The notes: generated by a model from the sequence alone, not told the origin. A stretch of 64,000 bases of DNA from Parcubacteria group bacterium (GCA_041659685.1 JBAZXV010000002.1:120195-184194), one strand, 5' to 3'; positions 1-8,200 are shown, counted from the stretch's first letter. Program-made: numbers and translations.

Positions 1-316
1 TTTTCGGCATACCTTTTTCAGTCGGACAGTAGAGGCATTTTCCCCGGCAGGGATGGAATTTGGTGAGAACGGCGACGACGGCCACTCCTGAAAGTGTGCG
101 GATTTTTTTGCTTTTAAGTATTTTTTCGAAAGCAGCAGCGCGTATTATTTTTTTTGCGTTTATAAGTTTTTCATAAAAATCCCGAAGGTCGGCATTGCGG
201 GGGGTAGTGGCCTTGAATTGCCCGCAAATTTCTTTTTTAAGTTCGTCAAAATCTTCCGCCGTCTTGCATTTCCGGCGAATTGCTTCTTTAATGATGGTAG
301 CAAACAATTGATTCAT
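1..316 (-). CDS. elp3: Elp3-family radical SAM tRNA uridine(34) acetyltransferase, N-terminal part (runs off the window)
   Basis: Not in the ORF track. Manual translation from ATG 316 gives MNQLF...KIRTLSGVAVVAVLTKFHPCRGKCLYCPTEKGMPK, i.e. the Elp3 RTxSGVAVVAV motif followed by a CxxxCxxC radical-SAM motif. Confidence 0.9.
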   Translation of the reverse strand, partial: MNQLFATIIKEAIRRKCKTAEDFDELKKEICGQFKATTPRNADLRDFYEKLINAKKIIRAAAFEKILKSKKIRTLSGVAVVAVLTKFHPCRGKCLYCPTEKGMPK

Positions 317-346
317 AGGATTTTCCCAAGACTTAATCTTAAGTGA

Positions 347-1012
347 ATGAAAAAGAGAGAAACTGAAAAAAAAATATTATCCAATCTTGAAACCGGCTAC
401 GATTCAATAGCCGATAAATTTTCAAATACCCGCGCTTTCATGTGGCGGGATTTGGGATTTATGAAAAATTTGGTGGAATCCGACGGTTATATTCTTGATT
501 TTGGGTGCGGGAACGGCAGATTGGCGGGATTTTTTGAGGGAAATTACGGGAAGTATGTTGGGACCGATATTTCTCAAAAGCTCTTGAATATTGCCAGGCA
601 AAGGTATTCTAGCGAAAAAACAGAATTTATCAAAGTAAATCCGATGTTTGAGAGGCTGCCCTTCGGAGACGGTTACTTTGATACTGTTTTTTCAATTGCG
701 GTTTTTCATCATTTTCCAAGCAGAGAATATGCGCTCCAAGTTTCCAAGGAGCTGTATCGTATCTCAAAACCGGGCGGAAAAATCGTCATTTCTGTTTGGA
801 ATTTATGGCAAAAACAATATCTCAAATATCATCAAAAAACAAATAAAGAGTGGATGGATGCGAATATCCCTTTTAAATCCGGAGAAAGAATATTCAATCG
901 CTACCACCATCCTTTTAAGATAGGAGAGTTCGAAGGTCTTTTTCGGGAAGCCGGCTTCAAAACCATGGAAAAGAAAGAAGGCTGGAATTTGCTTTATATT
1001 GGGAAAAAATAG
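347..1012 (+). CDS. Class I SAM-dependent methyltransferase, Trm9/ALKBH8-like
   Basis: DFGCGNGRL SAM motif; FDTVFSIAVFHH; KPGGKIVISVW; C-terminal RYHHPF..GEF resembling Trm9-family RYYHxF..GEL. Confidence 0.75.
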   Translation: MKKRETEKKILSNLETGYDSIADKFSNTRAFMWRDLGFMKNLVESDGYILDFGCGNGRLAGFFEGNYGKYVGTDISQKLLNIARQRYSSEKTEFIKVNPMFERLPFGDGYFDTVFSIAVFHHFPSREYALQVSKELYRISKPGGKIVISVWNLWQKQYLKYHQKTNKEWMDANIPFKSGERIFNRYHHPFKIGEFEGLFREAGFKTMEKKEGWNLLYIGKK

Positions 1013-1029
1013 GTGTGGATAAACAGATG

Positions 1030-1059
1030 TTGACTTAGTGATAATAGAAGTGATATAGT
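1030..1059 (+). promoter_or_regulatory. Putative sigma70 promoter of the lexA-like gene, overlapped by TGATA repeats
   Basis: TTGACT-N18-TATAGT with extended -10 TG. Confidence 0.5.
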
Positions 1060-1142
1060 GATAATGTTTCATAGAACATGGAACATCCGTCTGCGATATG
1101 AGCAGGATGTCGCTGGCGGGCATAACATGTAACAAAAATAAA

Positions 1143-1814
1143 ATGGAAAAAAATCTAACAGACAAACAAAGTCTGATCCTGGAGACTATCAGAGAAATGA
1201 CCGACAGCGGACAGGGGAATCCGACTACCTATAAAGTTTACAAATATCTGGAAAAGAAAGGAGTGAAGGCAGGAAGCGTTAAAAGTGTCTCCCAGGTTGT
1301 TGAGTCTCTTGAAAAAAAGGATCTTTTGAAGCGTGATATTTTTCGAAAGCTGTATCCGGTTGAAAATGATAATTTTTCGGGCGGACTCGAGGGATTGTTT
1401 CGGGTACCCGTTTACGGACTTGCTTCAGCCGGTGACGCACTTGCTTTTGCCGAGGATAATATGGATGGTTATCTTCAGATTTCGGAGAGCCTTTTTGCAC
1501 CCAGCGCTAAGGCAAAACTTTTTGCCGTAAAAACTCTTGGCGATTCGATGGACAAGGAAGGAATCGGGGACGGAGATTATGTAATTTTTGAAAAAAGGGA
1601 CGCTGACTTTGATTTTGACGATAAAATAGTGGTGGCAATCGTAAACGGACTTGCGACCATCAAGCGATATCGCAAGCTTGGAAATGGAGTGATCGGATTG
1701 TTTCCCAGCTCAACCAACAGTTTTCATCAGCCGATATATATCCACGAGTCCGATTCGTTTATGATCGCGGGAGTGTTCAGAAAAGTTCTGCCGGTTAAAT
1801 TTATCAGCCTGTGA
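1143..1814 (+). CDS. lexA: LexA-family repressor (S24 peptidase)
   Basis: N-terminal LTDKQ..IL winged HTH; VPVYGLASAG cleavage site; GDSM catalytic Ser; TIKR catalytic Lys. Start placed at ATG 1143. Confidence 0.8.
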   Translation: MEKNLTDKQSLILETIREMTDSGQGNPTTYKVYKYLEKKGVKAGSVKSVSQVVESLEKKDLLKRDIFRKLYPVENDNFSGGLEGLFRVPVYGLASAGDALAFAEDNMDGYLQISESLFAPSAKAKLFAVKTLGDSMDKEGIGDGDYVIFEKRDADFDFDDKIVVAIVNGLATIKRYRKLGNGVIGLFPSSTNSFHQPIYIHESDSFMIAGVFRKVLPVKFISL

Positions 1815-1826
1815 TTTGCGAATATT

Positions 1827-2294
1827 ATGATTATTGATTGCTGCAAACGTTTATTGCCTGAAGAATGGGATAAGAAGGAAATCGTCTGGCGGGACAAACC
1901 TTTTTACAGGGACCGTTATTTTTCTTTTCTTCATGTTCCAATTAATTTCGGCGGAAAGATTGCGAAGGGCCTTGAGAACATAAGGGAAGCGGGACTGGTC
2001 TCCGAACAGATGGTGCTTTCAAGACGCGATACCTTATGGGGTGGAGAAATGCTTATCCCTATCAGCAATAAAACTGAACAATTTCAGACAGAGCTTATAA
2101 CCGGAAGATTTCTCACCAGGCTTTTTGAGGGGCACTATGGCGATATGCGAAAATGGATCAAGGAAACGGGGAAATTTTGCGTTGAAAGGGGATATAAACC
2201 GAACGAATATATCTTCTTTTATGCCACTTGTCCAAAATGCGCCAAGAAGCACAGAGACAAGGTGCAGATTGTAATTTTTGCTAAAGTGGAATAG
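1827..2294 (+). CDS. Conserved hypothetical protein (possible GyrI-like fold, C-terminal CPKCAK)
   Basis: Clean ORF with operon spacing; FEGHY and YATCPKCAKK motifs. Confidence 0.55.
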   Translation: MIIDCCKRLLPEEWDKKEIVWRDKPFYRDRYFSFLHVPINFGGKIAKGLENIREAGLVSEQMVLSRRDTLWGGEMLIPISNKTEQFQTELITGRFLTRLFEGHYGDMRKWIKETGKFCVERGYKPNEYIFFYATCPKCAKKHRDKVQIVIFAKVE

Positions 2295-2337
2295 TAATAA
2301 CACATACAAGACTATCATTCATAATTTGACTTAATAT

Positions 2338-2760
2338 ATGGACTGGCAGGAATTTGATCAAGGAGTTTTCTTAGTCAACCTTTTAGGGATTGTCTACGAT
2401 CCCCAAAAGAAGCTGATTTTGATCGGAAAAAGAAAAAATGACACCTATATCCGCGAACTGAGCTGGAGTTTTCCTGGCGGCCGGCCGGGCTATAAAGAAG
2501 ACTTGGAACACTATTTAAAATTAAAAATAAAAGAGAAGGCAAGCCTTGACGTTGATGTCAAGAAAATTATTTTTGCCAAATCCTATCCTGAAAAAAGAGA
2601 ATTCCTATCGATTTACTATCTCTGCGAAGCAGCTGGCGGCAGGGAAAAGGCGGGAGGAAAATTTACTGAAGTAAAATGGGTTGAACCGGCAGATGTCCAG
2701 CATTATTTTACAACTTCTTTGCATCCATTCTTGCTCGGGTACCTCAAATCTTTAAAATAG
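2338..2760 (+). CDS. NUDIX-fold hydrolase (degenerate Nudix box)
   Basis: ILIGKR...WSFPGG...KEKASL, EVKWV. Confidence 0.7.
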   Translation: MDWQEFDQGVFLVNLLGIVYDPQKKLILIGKRKNDTYIRELSWSFPGGRPGYKEDLEHYLKLKIKEKASLDVDVKKIIFAKSYPEKREFLSIYYLCEAAGGREKAGGKFTEVKWVEPADVQHYFTTSLHPFLLGYLKSLK

Positions 2761-2849
2761 CTTTCTGATTTTGCTTTTTCCTTCAGGACGTAATATAATA
2801 ATTGGGCACACTTAAGGGGAGTGCCTTTTTTAACCTAAAATAAACATCT

Positions 2850-3401
2850 ATGCCTCCAGCTTTTAAGAGACCGTCTTGGGACGCGTATTTCATGGCCCTT
2901 GCCAAACTGGCCGCTTCGCGCTCGACTTGCATTTCCCGTCCGACGGGATGCGTGATTATTCGGGATAAGCAGGTTCTTTCGACCGGATATAACGGTTCCA
3001 TGCCGGGCGTGCCGCATTGCTCGGACGAAGGTTTTTGCTATCGTCGCAGCATCAAGGCGCCGGATGCGGGAAAATATGATTTCTGCCGGAGCATCCACGC
3101 CGAAGCCAACGCCATCGCACTTGCGGCCCGGACAGGAATCAGCGTTGAGGGAGCAACTGCTTACTTCACGCTTTTTCCATGTTACGTCTGTACGAAACTT
3201 TTGGTGCGGGCGGGAATCCGGGAGATCGTCTATGAATTCGGATATGACTCGAAAAACGCCCAGCGGGACAAGCACTGGCAGGAAGTGGCCGAAGGCGCCA
3301 ACATCAGGATTCGGCAGGTTCGGCTTTCCGAAGAAGACAAGAAGTGGTTTGAAGGATTTTTGCAGGATGACACATCGAGAAGGAGAATACCCAGCGAATA
3401 A
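2850..3401 (+). CDS. dCMP deaminase (ComEB family)
   Basis: RPSWDAYFM, RSTC, TGYNG, HAEANAI, PCYVC zinc motifs. Confidence 0.92.
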   Translation: MPPAFKRPSWDAYFMALAKLAASRSTCISRPTGCVIIRDKQVLSTGYNGSMPGVPHCSDEGFCYRRSIKAPDAGKYDFCRSIHAEANAIALAARTGISVEGATAYFTLFPCYVCTKLLVRAGIREIVYEFGYDSKNAQRDKHWQEVAEGANIRIRQVRLSEEDKKWFEGFLQDDTSRRRIPSE

Positions 3402-3402
3402 T

Positions 3403-3437
3403 TTTACGATTTATGATTTACGAATTAAGATTTATGA
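3403..3437. repeat. Heptamer tandem repeat (TTTAYGA family)
   Basis: TTTACGA TTTATGA TTTACGA ATTAAGA TTTATGA; same family occurs inside miaA at about 8931-8961. Confidence 0.8.
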
Positions 3438-3475
3438 ATTTGTAAATCATTGATTTTAATTTTTTAACAAATTGT

Positions 3476-4015
3476 ATGCTAATCGGAATAAAAGATTTAT
3501 TAAATCTGGTCAAAGAGAAAAAACTCGTGGAAAATCTTTCGGAGCGGGAGCTTAAAAATCCCGAAGGGTCGGGATTTGATCTTCGAATGGGGGAAGTATA
3601 CGAACTTGAAGGGTACGGATATCTTGGCCTTGAGGAAAGGGAAACGCCGAAATCGACCCTGGTCGCTAAATTCGATCCAAAAAAAGTCACTTCCTATATT
3701 TTTGAGCCGGGGAAATATTATCTCATCAAAACAATCGAAACGGTTAATCTTCCCATTGATTTGGCGGGCATTATATTTCCGCGGACAACGCTTTTCCGTT
3801 CGGGTCTCGCGCTTTTCAACGGAATTGTGAATACCGGTTATCAGGGAGAGCTGACTTTCGGTCTTTGCAACCTCGGAAAATCGAATATTAAAGTCGACAT
3901 GGGAGCACGAGTGGTACATATCACCTTTCATGAAGTTTTGGGCGAAGGAAGCCAATATCGCGGTCAATGGCAGGGCGGAAGGGTTACCACTGAAGGAAGG
4001 GAAGTCCAGGTTTAG
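3476..4015 (+). CDS. dCTP deaminase / trimeric dUTPase family protein
   Basis: GFDLRMG, PRTTLFRSGL, NTGYQGELT, YRGQWQG. Confidence 0.85.
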   Translation: MLIGIKDLLNLVKEKKLVENLSERELKNPEGSGFDLRMGEVYELEGYGYLGLEERETPKSTLVAKFDPKKVTSYIFEPGKYYLIKTIETVNLPIDLAGIIFPRTTLFRSGLALFNGIVNTGYQGELTFGLCNLGKSNIKVDMGARVVHITFHEVLGEGSQYRGQWQGGRVTTEGREVQV

Positions 4016-4088
4016 AAAAAATCAAAGTTCAAAATAAAGGTATCCCGCGAAGCGGGATGGCAATATATTTTTTCATTTTTACACATAA

Positions 4089-4775
4089 ATGAAGAATAAG
4101 AAGAAAGGTTTATTTATTGTTCTTGACGGGACTGACGGGAGCGGAAAGGCGACTCAGACCGAATTATTGGTCCGGAAGCTGAAAAAAAAAGGACACAAGG
4201 TGGAAAAAATTGACTTTCCGCGTTATGGGAAGAAATCAGCCGCTCTTGTGGAGGAATATCTGAACGGAGAATTCGGAACCGCCGAGGAGGTTGGTCCTTA
4301 CCGAGCCTCGATATTTTATGCTTGCGACCGGTATGCCGCCCATTTTCAAATAGAAAAGTGGATTGAAAAAGGAATAACCGTCATTGCTAACCGGTATGTG
4401 ACGGCCAATATGGGCCATCAGGGGGGAAAAATAAAGGAAAAATCGGAACGCAAAAAATATTTTCACTGGCTGTCCGATTTGGAATATAAAATATTTGAAA
4501 TTCCCAGGCCCGATATCAACTTGATACTTCATGTTGAAGCCGGGATTGCCCAAAGGCTGGCGCTTCAAAAAAAGAAGCGCGCATATCTCAAGAAAAAGAA
4601 AGCCGATATTCATGAATTGGACCTCGGGCACCTCAAAAACGCGGAAAAAATATATATCGAAATATCCAAGGTAATTCCGAACATAGAATTAGTCGAGTGC
4701 ATGAAAAATGGAAAGATTATGAAAAGAGAGGAAATAAGCGATTTAGTTTGGACAAAGATTAAGAAATATTTATAA
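4089..4775 (+). CDS. tmk: Thymidylate kinase
   Basis: FIVLDGTDGSGKATQ P-loop, DFPRY, ANRY. Confidence 0.92.
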   Translation: MKNKKKGLFIVLDGTDGSGKATQTELLVRKLKKKGHKVEKIDFPRYGKKSAALVEEYLNGEFGTAEEVGPYRASIFYACDRYAAHFQIEKWIEKGITVIANRYVTANMGHQGGKIKEKSERKKYFHWLSDLEYKIFEIPRPDINLILHVEAGIAQRLALQKKKRAYLKKKKADIHELDLGHLKNAEKIYIEISKVIPNIELVECMKNGKIMKREEISDLVWTKIKKYL

Positions 4776-4809
4776 TAAATGGCTTACTAATGATAAATTT
4801 ATGTGGCGT

Positions 4810-4857
4810 CATCCTAACATTGAATGTTAGGAGCGCTCAACATTCAATGTTAGGATG
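4810..4857. repeat. REP-like palindrome doublet (19-bp perfect inverted repeat) overlapping the gatB start codon
   Basis: CATCCTAACATTGAATGTT (4810-4828) / AACATTCAATGTTAGGATG (4839-4857). Confidence 0.85.
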
Positions 4858-6297
4858 AAATACAAACCGACAATTGGAATGGAGGTTCATGTCGAGCTCA
4901 AGACCGACTCCAAGATGTTCTGCTCATGCAAAAATGAGCTGGGCCTTGATCGGATTCCAAACAAAAATATTTGCCCTGTTTGCACGGGCCAGCCCGGAGC
5001 TTTGCCGGTGGCGAATGAAAAGGCCATTGAGTATGTAATCAGGGCCGGATTGGCGCTTAATTGTGAGATTGCCAGGATTTCCAAGTTTGACCGCAAGAAC
5101 TATTTCTATCCTGACCTTCCGAAAGGATACCAGATTTCCCAATATGATCAGCCGCTTTGCGGAAAGGGATTTTTAGAAATTGGCGGAAAAAAAATCGGGA
5201 TCACAAGGATTCACCTTGAAGAAGACACGGGGAAACTTATTCATCAAAAAGGAACGGATTTCAGCCTTGTCGATTTCAATCGGAGCGGAGTGCCGCTTAT
5301 GGAGCTGGTTACGGAGCCTGAAATTGAATCAGCAGAAGAAGCGAAAAATTTTTGCGAAGAGCTTCAGCTTATTTTGCGATATATGGGAATATCGGACGCG
5401 GATATGGAAAAGGGGCAGATGAGATGCGAAGCGAATATCTCAATCCGAAAAGAGGGCGACAAAAATTTTGGAACAAAAGTGGAAGTGAAAAATTTGAATT
5501 CTTTCAGATCGGTTGAAAAAGCAATCGAATATGAACTCGGGAGGCAGGAAAAAGCGCTGGAAAACGGAGAAAAAATCATTCAGGAAACTCGCGGATGGGA
5601 CGAGGGAAAAATGCAAACTTTTTCCCAAAGAGAGAAAGAGTCGGCGCATGATTATCGGTACTTTCCGGAGCCGGATTTGCCGCCGCTTGAATTCAATGAT
5701 GATTACATCGAAAAAATAAAATGCGAGCTTACGGAATTGCCTGCGCAGAAGATTGAAAGATTCCGGAGGGAATATGAGTTGTCCGAATATGACGCGGAAA
5801 TGCTCGCGCGCGATAAGGATCTGGCGGAATTTTTTGAAAATTCAGTCAGTGAAGCCTGTGAAATTTGCAAGGGCGACGGAAAAATAGCAAAACTTACTGC
5901 CAATTATATAATCTCGGAGCTCAAAAAATATCTGGACGGCCGGAATAAGATTACCGAACTGAAATTAACCCCGGAAAATTTCGGGGAGCTGATGAGTATT
6001 ATTTTTCAAGGAAAGATTAATTCCAGCGCGGCTCAAATCGTTCTTTCTGAAATGGTGAAGACCGGCGCTGATCCGAGTCATGTCATCGCCGAAAAAAATC
6101 TGGGGCAAATCGAAGACGATTCGGAGATAGGAAAAATTATCGAAAAAGTTGTTTCCGAAAACCCTGATCCTGTCGAGGATTACAGAAAAGGAAAGCAGGC
6201 CGCCTTGCAATTTCTTCTGGGGCAGGTTATGAAAGAGAGCAGGGGCAAGGCGGAACCCAAAAAAGCAATGCAGTTAATAAAAGATATTTTACAATAA
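4855..6297 (+). CDS. gatB: Asp/Glu-tRNA amidotransferase subunit B
   Basis: IGMEVHVEL, FDRKNYFYPDLPKGYQISQY, RIHLEEDTGK, DYRYFPEPDL. Confidence 0.98.
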   Translation: MKYKPTIGMEVHVELKTDSKMFCSCKNELGLDRIPNKNICPVCTGQPGALPVANEKAIEYVIRAGLALNCEIARISKFDRKNYFYPDLPKGYQISQYDQPLCGKGFLEIGGKKIGITRIHLEEDTGKLIHQKGTDFSLVDFNRSGVPLMELVTEPEIESAEEAKNFCEELQLILRYMGISDADMEKGQMRCEANISIRKEGDKNFGTKVEVKNLNSFRSVEKAIEYELGRQEKALENGEKIIQETRGWDEGKMQTFSQREKESAHDYRYFPEPDLPPLEFNDDYIEKIKCELTELPAQKIERFRREYELSEYDAEMLARDKDLAEFFENSVSEACEICKGDGKIAKLTANYIISELKKYLDGRNKITELKLTPENFGELMSIIFQGKINSSAAQIVLSEMVKTGADPSHVIAEKNLGQIEDDSEIGKIIEKVVSENPDPVEDYRKGKQAALQFLLGQVMKESRGKAEPKKAMQLIKDILQ

Positions 6298-6321
6298 ATT
6301 CACCTGAAACGGGGGGCTACT

Positions 6322-6531
6322 ATGCCGAGAGAGTTAGCATGTGAGCAGATAAGTTGTCAGAAAGACGGAAAGAATTGCGATCTTTCTGTCCGGATTTGCC
6401 AACCAATCTTAAAAAGCGGTTTCGCCGTTGATATTGATGAGCAGAACATTCAGATTATCTGCCCAGAGTGCAAAGTTAAGGGAGGAAAAAATCATAAAGG
6501 CTGCTGTACTAAGGGTCCGCCAGCGGGGTGA
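6322..6531 (+). CDS. Small Cys-rich hypothetical protein (69 aa)
   Basis: G-rich SD-like tract before the ATG; 8 Cys including CPEC. Confidence 0.45.
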   Translation: MPRELACEQISCQKDGKNCDLSVRICQPILKSGFAVDIDEQNIQIICPECKVKGGKNHKGCCTKGPPAG

Positions 6532-6535
6532 CAGG

Positions 6536-6670
6536 ATGGAGGGTAAAAAAAGTTGCGCCAAAAAAGCGGCTGTGGTTGAACCCGGTTCTTCAGAAGAGGA
6601 GCATTATGCAGAAGAGGGATATATCATTTCGGGTGGTCCTCCCGTGTGCGGAGTCTGTTTCGCTTCCTAA
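6536..6670 (+). CDS. Small hypothetical protein (44 aa, C-terminal CGVC)
   Basis: ATG 4 nt after the previous stop; MEGKKSC...PVCGVCFAS. Confidence 0.35.
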   Translation: MEGKKSCAKKAAVVEPGSSEEEHYAEEGYIISGGPPVCGVCFAS

Positions 6671-6793
6671 TGGCGGCAATCATGAAGACGGGTGCATCTA
6701 TGGGCCGGGAGTAAAGTATTTTTAAGGAGGATCTGAAACTATTCATGAGAATAAAATCCAGGCCAGGGGTGGAGAACCGCCCCTGGCCGTAAC

Positions 6794-6899
6794 TTTATCC
6801 CCCTGCACAGAAGATCGCGAACGTGAACTCGCCGGATAAGTGCTTCCTCTTTCTGTTTCGGGAAATTCCGCTCCCTCTCAAGAAACGGACGGATACCCC
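6794..6899. ncRNA. Candidate structured non-coding element, copy A
   Basis: 78-nt stem shared with 54831-54908; 59-nt block shared with 19705-19763. Confidence 0.45.
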
Positions 6900-6941
6900 C
6901 GTGTGTAAATTCGGGGATCTTTATCAGCAGCCTTATCTTAG

Positions 6942-6970
6942 TTGACACATTATTCGGAGATTAATATAAT
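6942..6970 (+). promoter_or_regulatory. Consensus sigma70 promoter upstream of pyrB
   Basis: TTGACA-N17-TATAAT. Confidence 0.85.
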
Positions 6971-6977
6971 GACAAAG

Positions 6978-7022
6978 ATGACAAAAAAGATCGGAGTAAA
7001 AATTAGGTCAGGACACATTTAG
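6978..7022 (+). other. Putative leaderless 14-aa leader peptide MTKKIGVKIRSGHI
   Basis: ATG 7 nt after the -10 box; stop immediately before a terminator. Confidence 0.5.
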
Positions 7023-7025
7023 CGG

Positions 7026-7054
7026 ATTCCCACCCGAAAGGTGGGAGTTTTTTT
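7026..7054 (+). terminator. Intrinsic terminator / attenuator in the pyrB leader
   Basis: ATTCCCACC-CGAAA-GGTGGGAGT followed by a T-run. Confidence 0.8.
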
Positions 7055-7101
7055 AAAAAATACACGAAAATAACAAATAATTAACGAAGAAAACGAAAAA
7101 T

Positions 7102-8142
7102 ATGAGTGAGAAAACATTGAAAGGGCAATCGATTTTGGAAGCTCAGCAATTTAACAAGGAAATCTTAGACGATTTGTTTTTGGAAGCGGACCGAATGAAA
7201 ACAATGTGTGATTTTCTTGATGATGGGAAAGTTTCGGATGAGGACGCCCAGTGGTGCAAAGATGTTCGAAACAAGATGGCGGAAAAAAGAATTGCGCTTT
7301 TATTTTACGAACCAAGCACCCGGACTTGGTCATCTTTTTTTGTGGCGTCGGAAAATGTGGGCGGGCGCGTGCTTCCGGTTCCTCCCGCGAAACAATTCTC
7401 ATCGGTGGTGAAAGGTGAAACAGTGAAAGATACAGTCGCCATGTTTTGCGGCTATGGAGTGGACGCGATTGTAATGCGGACAGACAAGGAAGGCATGGCA
7501 AAAGAAGCGGATGAAGCGGCGCGGACGAACGGACGAGAAGTGGCGATTATAAACGCGGGGGATGGGAAGGGGCAGCATCCGACACAATCGCTTCTTGATC
7601 TCTATACGATTAAGAGATTCTATGAAAATGAGCTTAAAAAAAATATTCACGGAGAAAAAATAAATATTGCTTTTGTGGGAGACCTTGCCAATGGAAGAAC
7701 GGTTCGGTCGCTCGCGTATCTTCTCAATAAATACCAGGAGGCGGGAAAACTCGAATTTTTCTTTGTTTCGCCGACGGTTCTCAAAATGAAAGACGATATT
7801 AAAGAATATCTCGCAGGAAAAGGCGTAAAATATTCGGAACATGAAAAATTAATCGATGTTGTTGGAAAAATAGACGTCTGTTATATGACGCGAGTGCAAA
7901 AAGAAAGGCTCGAAGGAATTCAAGTTGATTATGACTTTATCAGGCAGAATTGCTCGATAACAAGAGAAGTCGCCCAAAAAATGAAAAAGGAATCGATTGT
8001 GATGCATCCGCTTCCGCGCGATCCGGCTTTCGGCGAAATTCCGGAGTGGTTCGACTCGGATTCGCGGGCGAAGTATATTCAGCAGGCGCAAAACGGTCTT
8101 TATGTCCGGATGGCGCTGCTCAAGAAAGTGCTTTTGGGGTAA
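7102..8142 (+). CDS. pyrB: Aspartate carbamoyltransferase catalytic subunit
   Basis: FYEPSTRT, KGET, INAGDG..QHPTQ, YMTRVQKER, MHPLPR. Confidence 0.95.
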   Translation: MSEKTLKGQSILEAQQFNKEILDDLFLEADRMKTMCDFLDDGKVSDEDAQWCKDVRNKMAEKRIALLFYEPSTRTWSSFFVASENVGGRVLPVPPAKQFSSVVKGETVKDTVAMFCGYGVDAIVMRTDKEGMAKEADEAARTNGREVAIINAGDGKGQHPTQSLLDLYTIKRFYENELKKNIHGEKINIAFVGDLANGRTVRSLAYLLNKYQEAGKLEFFFVSPTVLKMKDDIKEYLAGKGVKYSEHEKLIDVVGKIDVCYMTRVQKERLEGIQVDYDFIRQNCSITREVAQKMKKESIVMHPLPRDPAFGEIPEWFDSDSRAKYIQQAQNGLYVRMALLKKVLLG

Positions 8143-8164
8143 TATTTAAGGGAAATATGGAATA

Positions 8165-8193
8165 TTGACAACCTTTTTGATGGGGAGTATTAT
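8165..8193 (+). promoter_or_regulatory. Sigma70 promoter
   Basis: TTGACA-N17-TATTAT. Confidence 0.75.
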
Positions 8194-8200
8194 TGAAAAA

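Noticed and set aside
6786-6871. Element A as an integron attC site (it follows a TAAC)
   Set aside because: No matching GTTRRRY at the far end, copy C lacks the R'' box, and there is no integron integrase in the window
6840-6908. ETD-GYP peptide as a lasso-peptide precursor (Thr at -2, Gly at +1)
   Set aside because: The core is too short or lacks Asp/Glu at positions 7-9, and there are no lasso B/C genes
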